Positions 1-8,965 of a stretch of 64,000 bases of DNA are shown one piece after another. The DNA comes from a virus (taxonomy: Duplodnaviria; Heunggongvirae; Uroviricota; Caudoviricetes): IMG/VR virus record IMGVR_UViG_3300044712_000123; one strand, 5' to 3'. The notes under the pieces were generated by a model. That model did no database searches and had not been told where the DNA came from. It saw only the letters and a list, made by a program, of their open reading frames with translations. A program made the position numbers and the translations under genes. Within the stretch, counting starts at the first letter, position 1; every line of letters starts with the position of its first letter.

Positions 1-33
1 TCCAACCAATAAAATAGAAACCTGTTTTAACTT

Positions 34-285
34 TCATTTGTAATCTTTCTTTAACATCCAGAATAAGACTTCACCTTGATCTAGTTTACAAAGGTCACCG
101 CTGTATTTCTTTACAGGGCGAGTCGTTGGACTAGGATTTGCTAACATGATTTGCACAGTACCTTTACCTGAACTTGGATGTGCTTTTCCAAATGCTTTTA
201 CTCGGTAGATGTTGTTGTGAAATACAACAAAGTCATCAATACTAAGTTCACGGTCAATCAAGTCTGTTGGATTTGTCATTGGCAC
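34..285 (-). CDS. hypothetical phage protein
   Basis: ORF packed against neighbours on the coding strand; no recognisable motif. Confidence 0.6.
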   Translation of the reverse strand: MPMTNPTDLIDRELSIDDFVVFHNNIYRVKAFGKAHPSSGKGTVQIMLANPSPTTRPVKKYSGDLCKLDQGEVLFWMLKKDYK

Positions 286-512
286 TTGACCCCTTTGCCA
301 AACTCGTCCATTACTTGACGAGCTTGACCACGATCACCTACTACAAACTTATAACCATCAATACATCGCATTTCAGTCATGCCATTGACGCCCCAACTGA
401 TTGTATTACCCTGAGTTGTACCATTAGTCACACCCAGGACCATCAACCCAAGAGTGAGTACAAAGACAACTACAATCATCATTTCAATCAGAGTAAATCC
501 ACGCTGTTTCAT
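276..512 (-). CDS. type IV pilin-like protein (prepilin N-terminal cleavage/methylation motif)
   Basis: MKQRG|FTLIEMMIVVVFVLTLGLMVLG = class III signal peptide with E+5 and hydrophobic helix; two Cys in the short C-terminal domain. Confidence 0.8.
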   Translation of the reverse strand: MKQRGFTLIEMMIVVVFVLTLGLMVLGVTNGTTQGNTISWGVNGMTEMRCIDGYKFVVGDRGQARQVMDEFGKGVKCQ

Positions 513-757
513 TTTGCTCTCCATTCGGTTACGCCTTCTTCTTGACCAAAGCCCATGAATTCAGCAACATAGTCGCCTGCATATTCGCAACCTGCGTCCT
601 GTCCCATATCAGCGGCATCAGCACACATACGGACGATTAACTCGGCAAACTTGTCTGCACTAAAGCGGGTTGTCTCATAGGGCATGTTGTTAGACGGATC
701 AATCGCAGTGTCCGGCACTTGAGCCTGTCTGTAAAGTTCTAGCATTCGTTCGTTCAT
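509..757 (-). CDS. small phage protein, MNE...KFAELIV family
   Basis: MNERMLELY...ADKFAELIVRMC; paralogues at 7886, 46208, 46465 and 46972; own sigma70 promoter at 789-817. Confidence 0.75.
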   Translation of the reverse strand: MNERMLELYRQAQVPDTAIDPSNNMPYETTRFSADKFAELIVRMCADAADMGQDAGCEYAGDYVAEFMGFGQEEGVTEWRAK

Positions 758-824
758 GTCAGACTCCGTTTAGTGATTCAATACAAGTATTATAGCACCA
801 TATCCATTTATTGTCAAATTTCGG

Positions 825-903
825 CATAAATAAAAGTGAGGGTCACGATGCTACCAACATCTACCCTCTCTAATGCTAAAGTATTACATTTAGGAGCACC
901 AGC
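825..903 (+). promoter_or_regulatory. late-type promoter (CATAAATA) plus structured leader of GIY-YIG gene
   Basis: ATAAATA 826-832; stem GAGGGT/ACCCTC enclosing GATG/CATC; followed by TCTAATGCT...AGGAGC...AGCATG; same architecture at 8160-8260. Confidence 0.7.
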
Positions 904-1527
904 ATGAATATTTATACCAGAAAGAATCCTCCCTCAGGGTTCTATGTTTACGCATACTTGCGTCAAGACAACACACCTTATTACATCGGAAAAGGTCACA
1001 ACATCCGAGCATGGAATCAGCACGATAAAGGTATACATCCACCCAAGGACCAGACAAAGATTGTCATAATTGAATCCAACTTGACTGACATAGGAGCGTT
1101 AGCACTTGAAAGAAGAATGATTCGTTGGTATGGTCGCAAAGATACGAATACCGGAATTCTCAGGAACTTGACTGATGGTGGCGATGGTTCTGCTGGATAT
1201 GTTCCGACAGAGGAAACAAGAATTAAAATAAGTGTAGCAGGTAAAGGCAGAAAATTAAAACCTAGAACTAAAGAGCACAGTGAAGCATTGAGTAAATCAT
1301 TGACTGGTAGGAAGTTAAGTGAGGACCATGTCTCTAAAATCAAAGAAAGACCTGCTTGGAATAAAGGACTAATCGGACACTACATACAATCTGAGGAATC
1401 AAACGAAAAAAGGTCTGAGGCCCTTAAAGGAAGAATTCCTTGGAATAAGGGAAAGTCCCCGAGTAAGGAGACTTTGGAAAAGCAAAGATTAGCGAGATTA
1501 AGAAACGGGCAAAGCCCGAAATCTTAA
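904..1527 (+). CDS. GIY-YIG homing endonuclease with NUMOD3-type DNA-binding repeats
   Basis: FYVYAY...YYIGKG...R, ALERRMI, ILRNLTDGGDG; C-terminal TEETRIKIS, PAWNKG and IPWNKG repeats; antisense to neighbours. Confidence 0.85.
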   Translation: MNIYTRKNPPSGFYVYAYLRQDNTPYYIGKGHNIRAWNQHDKGIHPPKDQTKIVIIESNLTDIGALALERRMIRWYGRKDTNTGILRNLTDGGDGSAGYVPTEETRIKISVAGKGRKLKPRTKEHSEALSKSLTGRKLSEDHVSKIKERPAWNKGLIGHYIQSEESNEKRSEALKGRIPWNKGKSPSKETLEKQRLARLRNGQSPKS

Positions 1528-2525
1528 TTCTTCATACAGGTGGCCTGTGCCAATTGGCGCCAGTTAGCGGAAATCTTAACCAAGTCAGCAATCTTGAGAC
1601 ACATACGCAAGGACACTTCACGCAGTTTTGCATGGTTAGTATCAATGAATGCCATGATTTCGTCAGTTTGTTCCTGAGTAAAATCGTAGTCAGCAAACAG
1701 ACCACCATCAGCATCACGGTGAACTTGTTTGATACGCAACATTTTGTCACGCTCGGTGTCAACAGTCAGATCCAGAAAGTGACAACGACTTTGCAATGCA
1801 TCCAAGTGAGGTTGCATCTTGCTAGACTTCTTATTATCGAAAGTCTTGTTAGTGATGAAAATCACAGAGCCGTTGAAGTTGAAAGTGTTAGGGATACCCT
1901 CGTCACGCAGGATACGTGAGTCTTTGTTCCAAGATATACGGCGAGTCTTACCTGAATCCAATGCACCTTTCAGTACGTTGATAGCGTCTTGATCTTCCCA
2001 GATATCGCAGTCATCGAACACTAGAACGTTCTTGGCGTCAGAATATTTGTACAGAGTAGCAAACAAACCAATACCACTCATAGCACCTTTGACAATCTCA
2101 AAGCGAGGGCGCTTGCCTGAGATTTTGTCGAACATAGATGCTTTTTCCATCTGCATAGTCACACCGTGTGACTTACCGATACCAGCAGGACCAGTCACGA
2201 TCATCGCACGAATGTCACCTGCGATACAGGCGCGAGACATTTCATCAAGCACACCAAAACGTGAAGCAATGCGATCCATTGCCTGTTCATCAGTCTCCGA
2301 AACAGCCTCAACTTTTGCAGGCATACCAGACAGAAATTCCAGAGAATCTTGATTGTCAACGTTCACACGAACCTCGTCAGGACGACCGGGGAACTGACCT
2401 TCGTTCTTAACAGTAACGAAACCACCTTTGGCACCAAGTTGATAACCCTTAACCAATTGGAACACTTCACCTTTGACAGGGGTGTTACGATAAGAACCAG
2501 ATTTGATGCGAACGATGCTAGACAT
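1524..2525 (-). CDS. AAA-family P-loop ATPase
   Basis: Walker A GPAGIGKS, Walker B VLVFDDCD, sensor IFITN, ALQSR arginine finger. Confidence 0.85.
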   Translation of the reverse strand: MSSIVRIKSGSYRNTPVKGEVFQLVKGYQLGAKGGFVTVKNEGQFPGRPDEVRVNVDNQDSLEFLSGMPAKVEAVSETDEQAMDRIASRFGVLDEMSRACIAGDIRAMIVTGPAGIGKSHGVTMQMEKASMFDKISGKRPRFEIVKGAMSGIGLFATLYKYSDAKNVLVFDDCDIWEDQDAINVLKGALDSGKTRRISWNKDSRILRDEGIPNTFNFNGSVIFITNKTFDNKKSSKMQPHLDALQSRCHFLDLTVDTERDKMLRIKQVHRDADGGLFADYDFTQEQTDEIMAFIDTNHAKLREVSLRMCLKIADLVKISANWRQLAQATCMKN

Positions 2526-2581
2526 TTGTTTCCTTTGCTTGACTGTTTAAGATTCTATTATATGCCCAAAATGATTTATTG

Positions 2582-2782
2582 TCAACCTTTGAGGGCTTCA
2601 AAAATCATGTTTTGAAGTTGGTGAACGTCCTCATCTGGGACATAGAAGTCAGTCAGAGGATCGTAGTACTGACCTTCTTTGGGATCGTAGTACAGGACCT
2701 GACCGTTAGGATAGTGAAAAGGACCTTCGAGTCCCTTGCGAGGACCGAACTCTTTGCTGTGCTTGAAGACAATGTAAGACAT
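2582..2782 (-). CDS. hypothetical phage protein (GLEGPF...YYDPKEGQYYDP)
   Basis: own promoter and SD; coherent ORF. Confidence 0.7.
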   Translation of the reverse strand: MSYIVFKHSKEFGPRKGLEGPFHYPNGQVLYYDPKEGQYYDPLTDFYVPDEDVHQLQNMIFEALKG

Positions 2783-2974
2783 AAGACCCTTTCAACTGAT
2801 TAAGACTCTATTATATACCCAAAACGATTTATTGTCAAATAAAAATTACAAAACAGACAAGAGCCATAATCAATATTAAGGCAATACTATCTGCTACATC
2901 CATACCGGATGTATAAATGTGATCTTTGCTAGGTTCTAACATTTTGAGAAATTCTGTGAACTTTTGTTTCATTA

Positions 2975-3217
2975 TCAAGCCACGTTGAGTTGAACTTGCA
3001 GACCTTCCCAGGTACCAGCGAGACCAGTAGCACATTGGTCAGCGACACCGGATCCCGAGCGAGTGAATTCTAGTGCATCCAATGCTTTTTGTGTTGCGGC
3101 ATTGCACTTCATAAAGTCACCGACGCCATTGCGAATCTGTTTGGCAGTAGCATAGAAACATGCTTGACCGACAATAACACGAAACTTTTGAGTTTGTTTG
3201 AAACGCTTGACAATCAT
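2975..3217 (-). CDS. hypothetical phage protein
   Basis: promoter 3247-3275, SD AAAGGAG, ATG at 3217. Confidence 0.7.
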   Translation of the reverse strand: MIVKRFKQTQKFRVIVGQACFYATAKQIRNGVGDFMKCNAATQKALDALEFTRSGSGVADQCATGLAGTWEGLQVQLNVA

Positions 3218-3405
3218 GTGAACTCCTTTAATCAATCTATAGACATAGTATAACACCATGACCATTTATTGTCAAGAAATGGTTAAAATCGATTGAAGTC
3301 TGTCAGTATGCGTGACGAGAACCTCAATCGATTTTGAAGACCCTAGGGGTCAAAAATGAATACTAACGTTTACCTTTTTGTGAAACAATAGTATTCATTT
3401 TGTGC

Positions 3406-4470
3406 TTAGAAAGCACCGTAGTAGTCATAGGTCTTAGTCTTGACCTTAGTCAGTGTCAAACGAGTACCTTTGTCCTCGAAGATGAACTTACCTGCTTGAG
3501 CGTCCACAGAGACCAATGCGTTAGCATTGAAGTGAACATTTTCCCAATCAGAGTCTTCATCGTCCTCATTGCTTGCATCGAACTGAACATCCACACCTTT
3601 TGGTTGCAGAGGGTTACCATCGAACACTGCAGGATGTACGTCACCCTTGACCAATTCACCATTGTGAACAACCTCAACGTTGTATTTGCAACCACCATCG
3701 AACTCTGGCTTAGCGTTCAGCATACGCAATGCTTCCTGAGGAGTCTCGTTGTAGCGATTCATTTCTTCAACCAATGCCTTCAGCATGTCAAAGTTGAATT
3801 CAGCGAACAGGCTAGCGATAGACACAATCTTTTCGATGTGAGTGGTGTTCTTCAAATTGTCCTCGCAGTATTCACGAATGAATGTTGCATCTAGACCCTT
3901 GAAGTCCATCAAGTAGAAGATACGACCAGGACGATTGCGCATGTGGTAGTCAATGCGGTACTTGTCGTTGGATGTAATCAAGAACAATTTCTTGCTTGGG
4001 AATACACCATCCAACAGTGTCAGGATCTTTTCTTGGTCGTCACGATCATACACCTTCTCGAATTCGTCAAACAAGATGACGCAAGGTTGATCGATAGACT
4101 GAATGAAGGTGTTGAAGTTTTCACCGCACAATGGTTGATTGATAACGATAGTTGGGATATCGTGCTGTTTAGCCAATTCAACTGCGATGTTCTTGGTCAA
4201 CAATGTCTTACCAGAACCCTTCTCACCCGTCAGCATAACGCCAGTTGCCGCAGGACGATCCATGAATGTACGCATGATACGATCGGTGTTCTTCAAGCAA
4301 TCACCGTAGACCTTGCTAGGGATTGTGAAGTCTTCGATATGTTCCAGATACATATCGCCCATTGGGGGAACTTTGATCGTGTAGTTACCTGCGGGCAACT
4401 TGTCACGCACGTCCATTGCCTCATTAGAAGCTACGCGGTATGTATTGCCAGATTTCAAAAAGTGTGCCAT
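3406..4470 (-). CDS. AAA+ ATPase
   Basis: Walker A GEKGSGKT, Walker B ILFDEFEK, second region of homology NRPGRI. Confidence 0.85.
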   Translation of the reverse strand: MAHFLKSGNTYRVASNEAMDVRDKLPAGNYTIKVPPMGDMYLEHIEDFTIPSKVYGDCLKNTDRIMRTFMDRPAATGVMLTGEKGSGKTLLTKNIAVELAKQHDIPTIVINQPLCGENFNTFIQSIDQPCVILFDEFEKVYDRDDQEKILTLLDGVFPSKKLFLITSNDKYRIDYHMRNRPGRIFYLMDFKGLDATFIREYCEDNLKNTTHIEKIVSIASLFAEFNFDMLKALVEEMNRYNETPQEALRMLNAKPEFDGGCKYNVEVVHNGELVKGDVHPAVFDGNPLQPKGVDVQFDASNEDDEDSDWENVHFNANALVSVDAQAGKFIFEDKGTRLTLTKVKTKTYDYYGAF

Positions 4471-4563
4471 GTGTGTCTTTCAAAAAGATTTAACGATTTA
4501 GAACTTAGATTATATGCGAGAACGGTTTTGTTGTACAGAAGAAAAGGGCAAGTACCCCTTTCT

Positions 4564-5967
4564 TTATTTCATGCTGTTAGCACGGACCTCGTCAAAGGTG
4601 TATTCACGGATGAGTTTACCATCACGATACACTTCAACTAGTGCCTCAGTCCAACCGCCGATGCCTTTGTCTGACCAACCAGTTGGGGCTGATACGCTAG
4701 TAGCGAACTCACCACCACTGTTAGTCCACAAAGTCACGCGACCTTTCAGACTTGCTTTACCACTGTCAGTGATAGGATCTTTGTAAACATCGACCCACTC
4801 ACCGTTGACACATGCACTAGAGCATTTCATAGCCCATTTCTGGGTATCACGATCAATGCCTTGCAACAAAGCACCGCCCATACCGAATGCAAAGTTATCT
4901 GCACTCCAGCCCAGCATGTCAACCATTGTGCGCAAGATTGCTTGGATGCTCAATGGATTGATACCATCACCCCAGATCATGCGAACGTTGTTCAACACTT
5001 TGTAACCTTTGTCGTTTGTAGTGTAGCCGAAACCTTCAGAAAGAATCTGAATCATCTTTGGCATCACTTCGACAGGATCACCACTGTCAGGACGAATCAC
5101 AACTGTAGCACCTGAATCGATCACTTGTTGTTTCAGATCACCTGTGCTCCACATTTTGCAGGCTTCGTAAATGTTGTAGCTGTCACTAACGACTGCAACA
5201 ATACCACCGGGCTTGCCAAACTGTGTGACCATGTTGCTGTAAGCATTCAACTCACCTGCACGACCCCAACTTGTGATTGTGCTGTGTTCTGCGGCTGGGA
5301 TTGAGAAACCAGCAATACCAGCGTTGTAATACTCACGAGCGTATAAGACACCAGTAATAGTATCCGTGCCCATAAAGTTAACGAGGTGAGCTGTACCACC
5401 AATACCAGCAGACTCAAGAGAGCTAACGCCGCGGGCACCGAAATCATGTAGTTTAAAACCAATAGTTGTTGGGTCACCAGATTTCTCCAAGTAGTCGATC
5501 AAAATATTTTTAATGTATTTGCTTTGTGTAGAAACTGTAGTTGGGTACCACACTGCACGGAGCAAGGGAGTTTCCAACCAAGTAGTCAACCAGTAGCAGT
5601 TTGGATCGGTGTTTTCGATTGTGACCAATGCGTTGCCAACTGGGACAACAGTGCCTTCTGGTACAGCTTTGATGACTACGGGCAAGTAGCCACCGAGATT
5701 GTCAACGATATAATCCCAGCGACTGCGGTCAAAGGGCTCGCCGTGTGCTGTGAGGATTTCTTCTGCGATATCAACATCGGCTTTTGTGATAGGGTTGAGC
5801 AAATATTCTTTATTGAAAATTTGCAGACCAATGAATTGCGTGAACGTGAATTTGCCACCACGACTTGCAATGTAAGAAAATACGCCAGTAGTACCTGCTG
5901 GGTATTGAGGGGCCATCGACACTTTGTAACTGTCGGTGTTCAAGATGATGTTTTGAGTGAGTTTCAT
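4564..5967 (-). CDS. nadV: nicotinamide phosphoribosyltransferase (NAMPT)
   Basis: TDSYKVS, LHDFGARG, SIPAAEHS, VSDSY, IRPDSGDP, GDGI, FGMGG motifs. Confidence 0.95.
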   Translation of the reverse strand: MKLTQNIILNTDSYKVSMAPQYPAGTTGVFSYIASRGGKFTFTQFIGLQIFNKEYLLNPITKADVDIAEEILTAHGEPFDRSRWDYIVDNLGGYLPVVIKAVPEGTVVPVGNALVTIENTDPNCYWLTTWLETPLLRAVWYPTTVSTQSKYIKNILIDYLEKSGDPTTIGFKLHDFGARGVSSLESAGIGGTAHLVNFMGTDTITGVLYAREYYNAGIAGFSIPAAEHSTITSWGRAGELNAYSNMVTQFGKPGGIVAVVSDSYNIYEACKMWSTGDLKQQVIDSGATVVIRPDSGDPVEVMPKMIQILSEGFGYTTNDKGYKVLNNVRMIWGDGINPLSIQAILRTMVDMLGWSADNFAFGMGGALLQGIDRDTQKWAMKCSSACVNGEWVDVYKDPITDSGKASLKGRVTLWTNSGGEFATSVSAPTGWSDKGIGGWTEALVEVYRDGKLIREYTFDEVRANSMK

Positions 5968-5986
5968 AATAAAGTTCCTTTATTTA

Positions 5987-6015
5987 AAGTTGCCTTGCGT
6001 CTATCGCTAGGACTT
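5987..6015 (-). promoter_or_regulatory. candidate structured 5'-leader hairpin (AUAGA loop), copy 1, upstream of nadV
   Basis: AAGU-CCU-A-GCG-AUAGA-CGC-A-AGG-CA-ACUU between promoter and SD; related copies at 10006 and 10778. Confidence 0.6.
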
Positions 6016-6046
6016 GAATACAGTATAACACTAACCTATTTTAATG

Positions 6047-6526
6047 TCAACTGTTTATGTTGCCAAAACTTAGTTTCCTTTTTAAAACAGCATCGACCAA
6101 TTCGTCAAAACTGTTAACTAAAGTTACACCGTGTCTTTGGCATACAATTTCCACATTGCCTTTGCGCCAGAATCCATCTGGACAGCATACAATGACTTTT
6201 CCGCTACTTGCGTAGAGTCCTAGTTCCATGAGAGTGATAGGACTTTTAGTGTTTGGATCAAAATAGAATACAATCAAGTCACTGTAATCTAATGCATCCA
6301 ATTCCCAATTAACTTGTTGAGCAAATTGAGGATTGCTTGCTTCCTGCACCCATGATGAATCCCAGTCATCACGCCGAGGATTCAAGAAACGAATGTCAGA
6401 GTCTTTGAACTCATTGACCAATCTGTCTTGCCAAGGTTCAGCAAGACCCATTTCAATAGAGCCACCCAAAAATACGTTGATAAAGATACTACCGTCATAA
6501 CGTTCAGGTGATTTGATGTGTTTCAT
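6047..6526 (-). CDS. nucleoside 2-deoxyribosyltransferase-like protein
   Basis: VFLGGSI, WQ, NPRRDDW, QVNWEL, SPITLMELGL, CCPDGFWRKGNV motifs. Confidence 0.85.
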   Translation of the reverse strand: MKHIKSPERYDGSIFINVFLGGSIEMGLAEPWQDRLVNEFKDSDIRFLNPRRDDWDSSWVQEASNPQFAQQVNWELDALDYSDLIVFYFDPNTKSPITLMELGLYASSGKVIVCCPDGFWRKGNVEIVCQRHGVTLVNSFDELVDAVLKRKLSFGNINS

Positions 6527-6924
6527 TATGACCTCCAAAATACCATAAACGGTTTGTTCTTCTTTACTGCATAGTCATACGTATACCAGGTGCCACCTCT
6601 TGGTTGTGGTTCCATCTGCAATGGTACAACTAACAAGTAATCACACGCATCTACAATTGTGCGATTACGTTTAAAGTGTGACTGTGGTTCTCTACTTTCA
6701 TCTGCAGGTACATAGGCTCTGAGTCCATCATTATCAGGTCCAGGATGACTGATGATCTTGTAACCAATATCTTTTGCAAGTACTGCGGCTTCTGCATCTA
6801 CGCCAACGCAATCACCGTGATGAAATTCTGCACCTTCACAAAATCTTCCTTGAAGATATTGACGCACCATTTCAAACTGGTGATCAGTCATGCCTTCTCT
6901 AGTTCCTGTAATTCCTATTTTCAT
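6526..6924 (-). CDS. SLOG-superfamily (YspA/DprA-like) nucleotide-binding protein
   Basis: IGITGTR, HHGDCVGVD, RNRTIVD, GGTWYT motifs. Confidence 0.7.
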   Translation of the reverse strand: MKIGITGTREGMTDHQFEMVRQYLQGRFCEGAEFHHGDCVGVDAEAAVLAKDIGYKIISHPGPDNDGLRAYVPADESREPQSHFKRNRTIVDACDYLLVVPLQMEPQPRGGTWYTYDYAVKKNKPFMVFWRS

Positions 6925-7412
6925 TATCCAAACTCCACCAGTGTGACAGTGCCACCTTTAGCAGAAACCACTACAGCAAACTTTTCAATCATTGCCATAA
7001 TTCTTTTCTTGTCGCCGCCTGCCAAACCCATACCAATATAGGGTAGACCAAAACGATGACGACCATATTCGTGTGCCAGCTTGCGTAGGATCACGGCAAA
7101 CGATTCATACTCAAATACATCTTCACCTTGTTGACTAGTGACATATTGTGTATAAGCATTGATAATCTTGAATGGCTTCATGGTTTCATCGTAGTAACTA
7201 GACCAAGATACTGTGTAGTTGCCTAGCTTACCGATATTGCCCTTGCGAGTTTCACTATCCACTTCCTCAGCGTGAGGATAGCGTTTTGCGATTTGCGGAG
7301 CAAGACCAGCACCCATTGCGTTAAAACAATTACAGCCTTGAACGACAATATCAAACTCGCCTGCTTCTGCTAGGTCGAGTAAATTACCTTTTGTATGTTT
7401 AAGCATTTTCAT
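6924..7412 (-). CDS. macrodomain (ADP-ribose binding/processing) protein
   Basis: GNLL, IVVQGCNCFNAMGAGLA, INAYTQ, PYIGMGLAGG motifs. Confidence 0.9.
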   Translation of the reverse strand: MKMLKHTKGNLLDLAEAGEFDIVVQGCNCFNAMGAGLAPQIAKRYPHAEEVDSETRKGNIGKLGNYTVSWSSYYDETMKPFKIINAYTQYVTSQQGEDVFEYESFAVILRKLAHEYGRHRFGLPYIGMGLAGGDKKRIMAMIEKFAVVVSAKGGTVTLVEFG

Positions 7413-7587
7413 TTTCCATTTCTGTCACAATAGCTTCGGCTTCTTGCAAGCCGCGTTCCCAACGAGCCATCATTTCACGGAAGGCTCGAATGTTCTCATG
7501 ATTGTGAAAAGTGTCGCCACTCCATACACAAGCATCGATATCGTCCATTGGACCGTCTTCTAATCGTTCGTATTGTCGTGTTGTCAT
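7399..7587 (-). CDS. hypothetical protein
   Basis: overlapping stop/start with neighbours. Confidence 0.6.
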   Translation of the reverse strand: MTTRQYERLEDGPMDDIDACVWSGDTFHNHENIRAFREMMARWERGLQEAEAIVTEMENENA

Positions 7588-7889
7588 ACGTCTACCTTAA
7601 AATGATTTTTAATCATGTTGATTGCTTGCTCGGTACCTTCTTCTGATTCTAACATAGAAATGATTTCAATGAAAGTATCTTCCAACAAAAAGTCAAACGG
7701 TGAGCGAGGAATATGGTCTATATTGCGTCGGCGATCTTCCATAGATCCTAAATACTCATCCTCAGCATCATCAAGCGATTGTTTTGCAAACTCTATTAGT
7801 TCTGTGCTTTGTTCAATGAACGGAGCCCTACCATGAAACAAATATTCTAATGGAATGTCATTCCTTTTGCTAAGTTTTGGTCGATTCAT
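7584..7889 (-). CDS. hypothetical protein
   Basis: ATGA-coupled ORF; ends IKNHFKV, like the FAELIV-family C-terminus. Confidence 0.6.
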   Translation of the reverse strand: MNRPKLSKRNDIPLEYLFHGRAPFIEQSTELIEFAKQSLDDAEDEYLGSMEDRRRNIDHIPRSPFDFLLEDTFIEIISMLESEEGTEQAINMIKNHFKVDV

Positions 7890-8137
7890 TCTTCAACTCC
7901 GAAATGTTGTTTAATCTCGTCTATACAATGTATCCCACCTTGTTCAAAAGTATCAACTGATTTAGGAATAGGATCACTAATAACTTGTTCACAACATCCG
8001 ATACATTCCCCGACAATCAACTCGGCGAACTTTTCCGGGTCAAACTTAATACCCAGTTTCGCACCGTCTGGTCCTACATTCACATATGAATCTGTAACAA
8101 ATGACTGTTCATAAAGTTTCTGTAACTGTTCGTTCAT
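7886..8137 (-). CDS. small phage protein, MNE...KFAELIV family
   Basis: MNEQLQKLY...EKFAELIVGEC...IKQHFGVEE; SD AGGA before ATG at 8137. Confidence 0.75.
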   Translation of the reverse strand: MNEQLQKLYEQSFVTDSYVNVGPDGAKLGIKFDPEKFAELIVGECIGCCEQVISDPIPKSVDTFEQGGIHCIDEIKQHFGVEE

Positions 8138-8159
8138 TTTCACATTCCTAATTGATTTA

Positions 8160-8260
8160 GATAAATAATTATAGCACAAACGGTAATTTGTGTCAACAAA
8201 AATGTCCCTCGCGGAACGGTAATTCCCAGGGACTCTAACGCTACAAAGGAGCAATCAGCA
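8160..8260 (+). promoter_or_regulatory. late-type promoter (GATAAATA) plus structured leader of second GIY-YIG gene
   Basis: stem GTCCCT/AGGGAC enclosing GGAA/TTCC, then TCTAACGCT...AGGAGC...AGCAATG. Confidence 0.7.
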
Positions 8261-8965
8261 ATGTATTTATTCATATACAAGACCACTCACAAAAACGGCA
8301 AATACTACATAGGTCGCCATCAAACAGATAACCTGAATGACGGGTATCTCGGTAGCGGTAAGTGGGTTTCCGCCATCAAAGACAAAACCACACTGACCCG
8401 AGAAATTATAGCAGAGGCTAAAACTCTTGAAGAACTGTATGATCTTGAAGAATATCATATCTCTATCCATTATGGAAAACCAGAATGTATGAATATGAAG
8501 CGAGGCAGTGACGGTAATACCAGTGAAGATGCTAAAGAGTTCGCAAAAAGAATGATTGAAAATGGAACCCACAATTTTCTTGGCGGCGATCTTCAACGAA
8601 GGAGAATCACTGATGGCACCCACAATTTTCTTGATGGTGAAATTGCTAGTAAATCTAACGCCAAGAGAATTGCTGAAGGCACTCATAACTTACAAGGCTC
8701 CAACAATCCGACACATCGCAGAATTCAAGATGGCACTTACCATATGTTTGGTGAGAACAATCCTGCCGTTCAGCGAGTCCAACAAGGCACCCACAACTTT
8801 CTTGGTCCAGAAAACAATCAGCGAAGGATTGATAATGGTTCTCATAACTTTCTGGGACCCAATGCTCCATCGCAATTCGTATGGCATTGTGATGCCTGTG
8901 GTAAGACAGGCAAGGGTAAAGGAATATTCACTAGATTCCATGGTGTCAATTGCCGCCAATCGTAG
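8261..8965 (+). CDS. GIY-YIG (Seg-like) homing endonuclease with six GTHNFL repeats and C-terminal Cys/His finger
   Basis: FIYKTT...YYIGRH...YLGSG, E and N catalytic positions; repeats RxxxGTHNFLG; CDAC...FHGVNC. Confidence 0.85.
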   Translation: MYLFIYKTTHKNGKYYIGRHQTDNLNDGYLGSGKWVSAIKDKTTLTREIIAEAKTLEELYDLEEYHISIHYGKPECMNMKRGSDGNTSEDAKEFAKRMIENGTHNFLGGDLQRRRITDGTHNFLDGEIASKSNAKRIAEGTHNLQGSNNPTHRRIQDGTYHMFGENNPAVQRVQQGTHNFLGPENNQRRIDNGSHNFLGPNAPSQFVWHCDACGKTGKGKGIFTRFHGVNCRQS

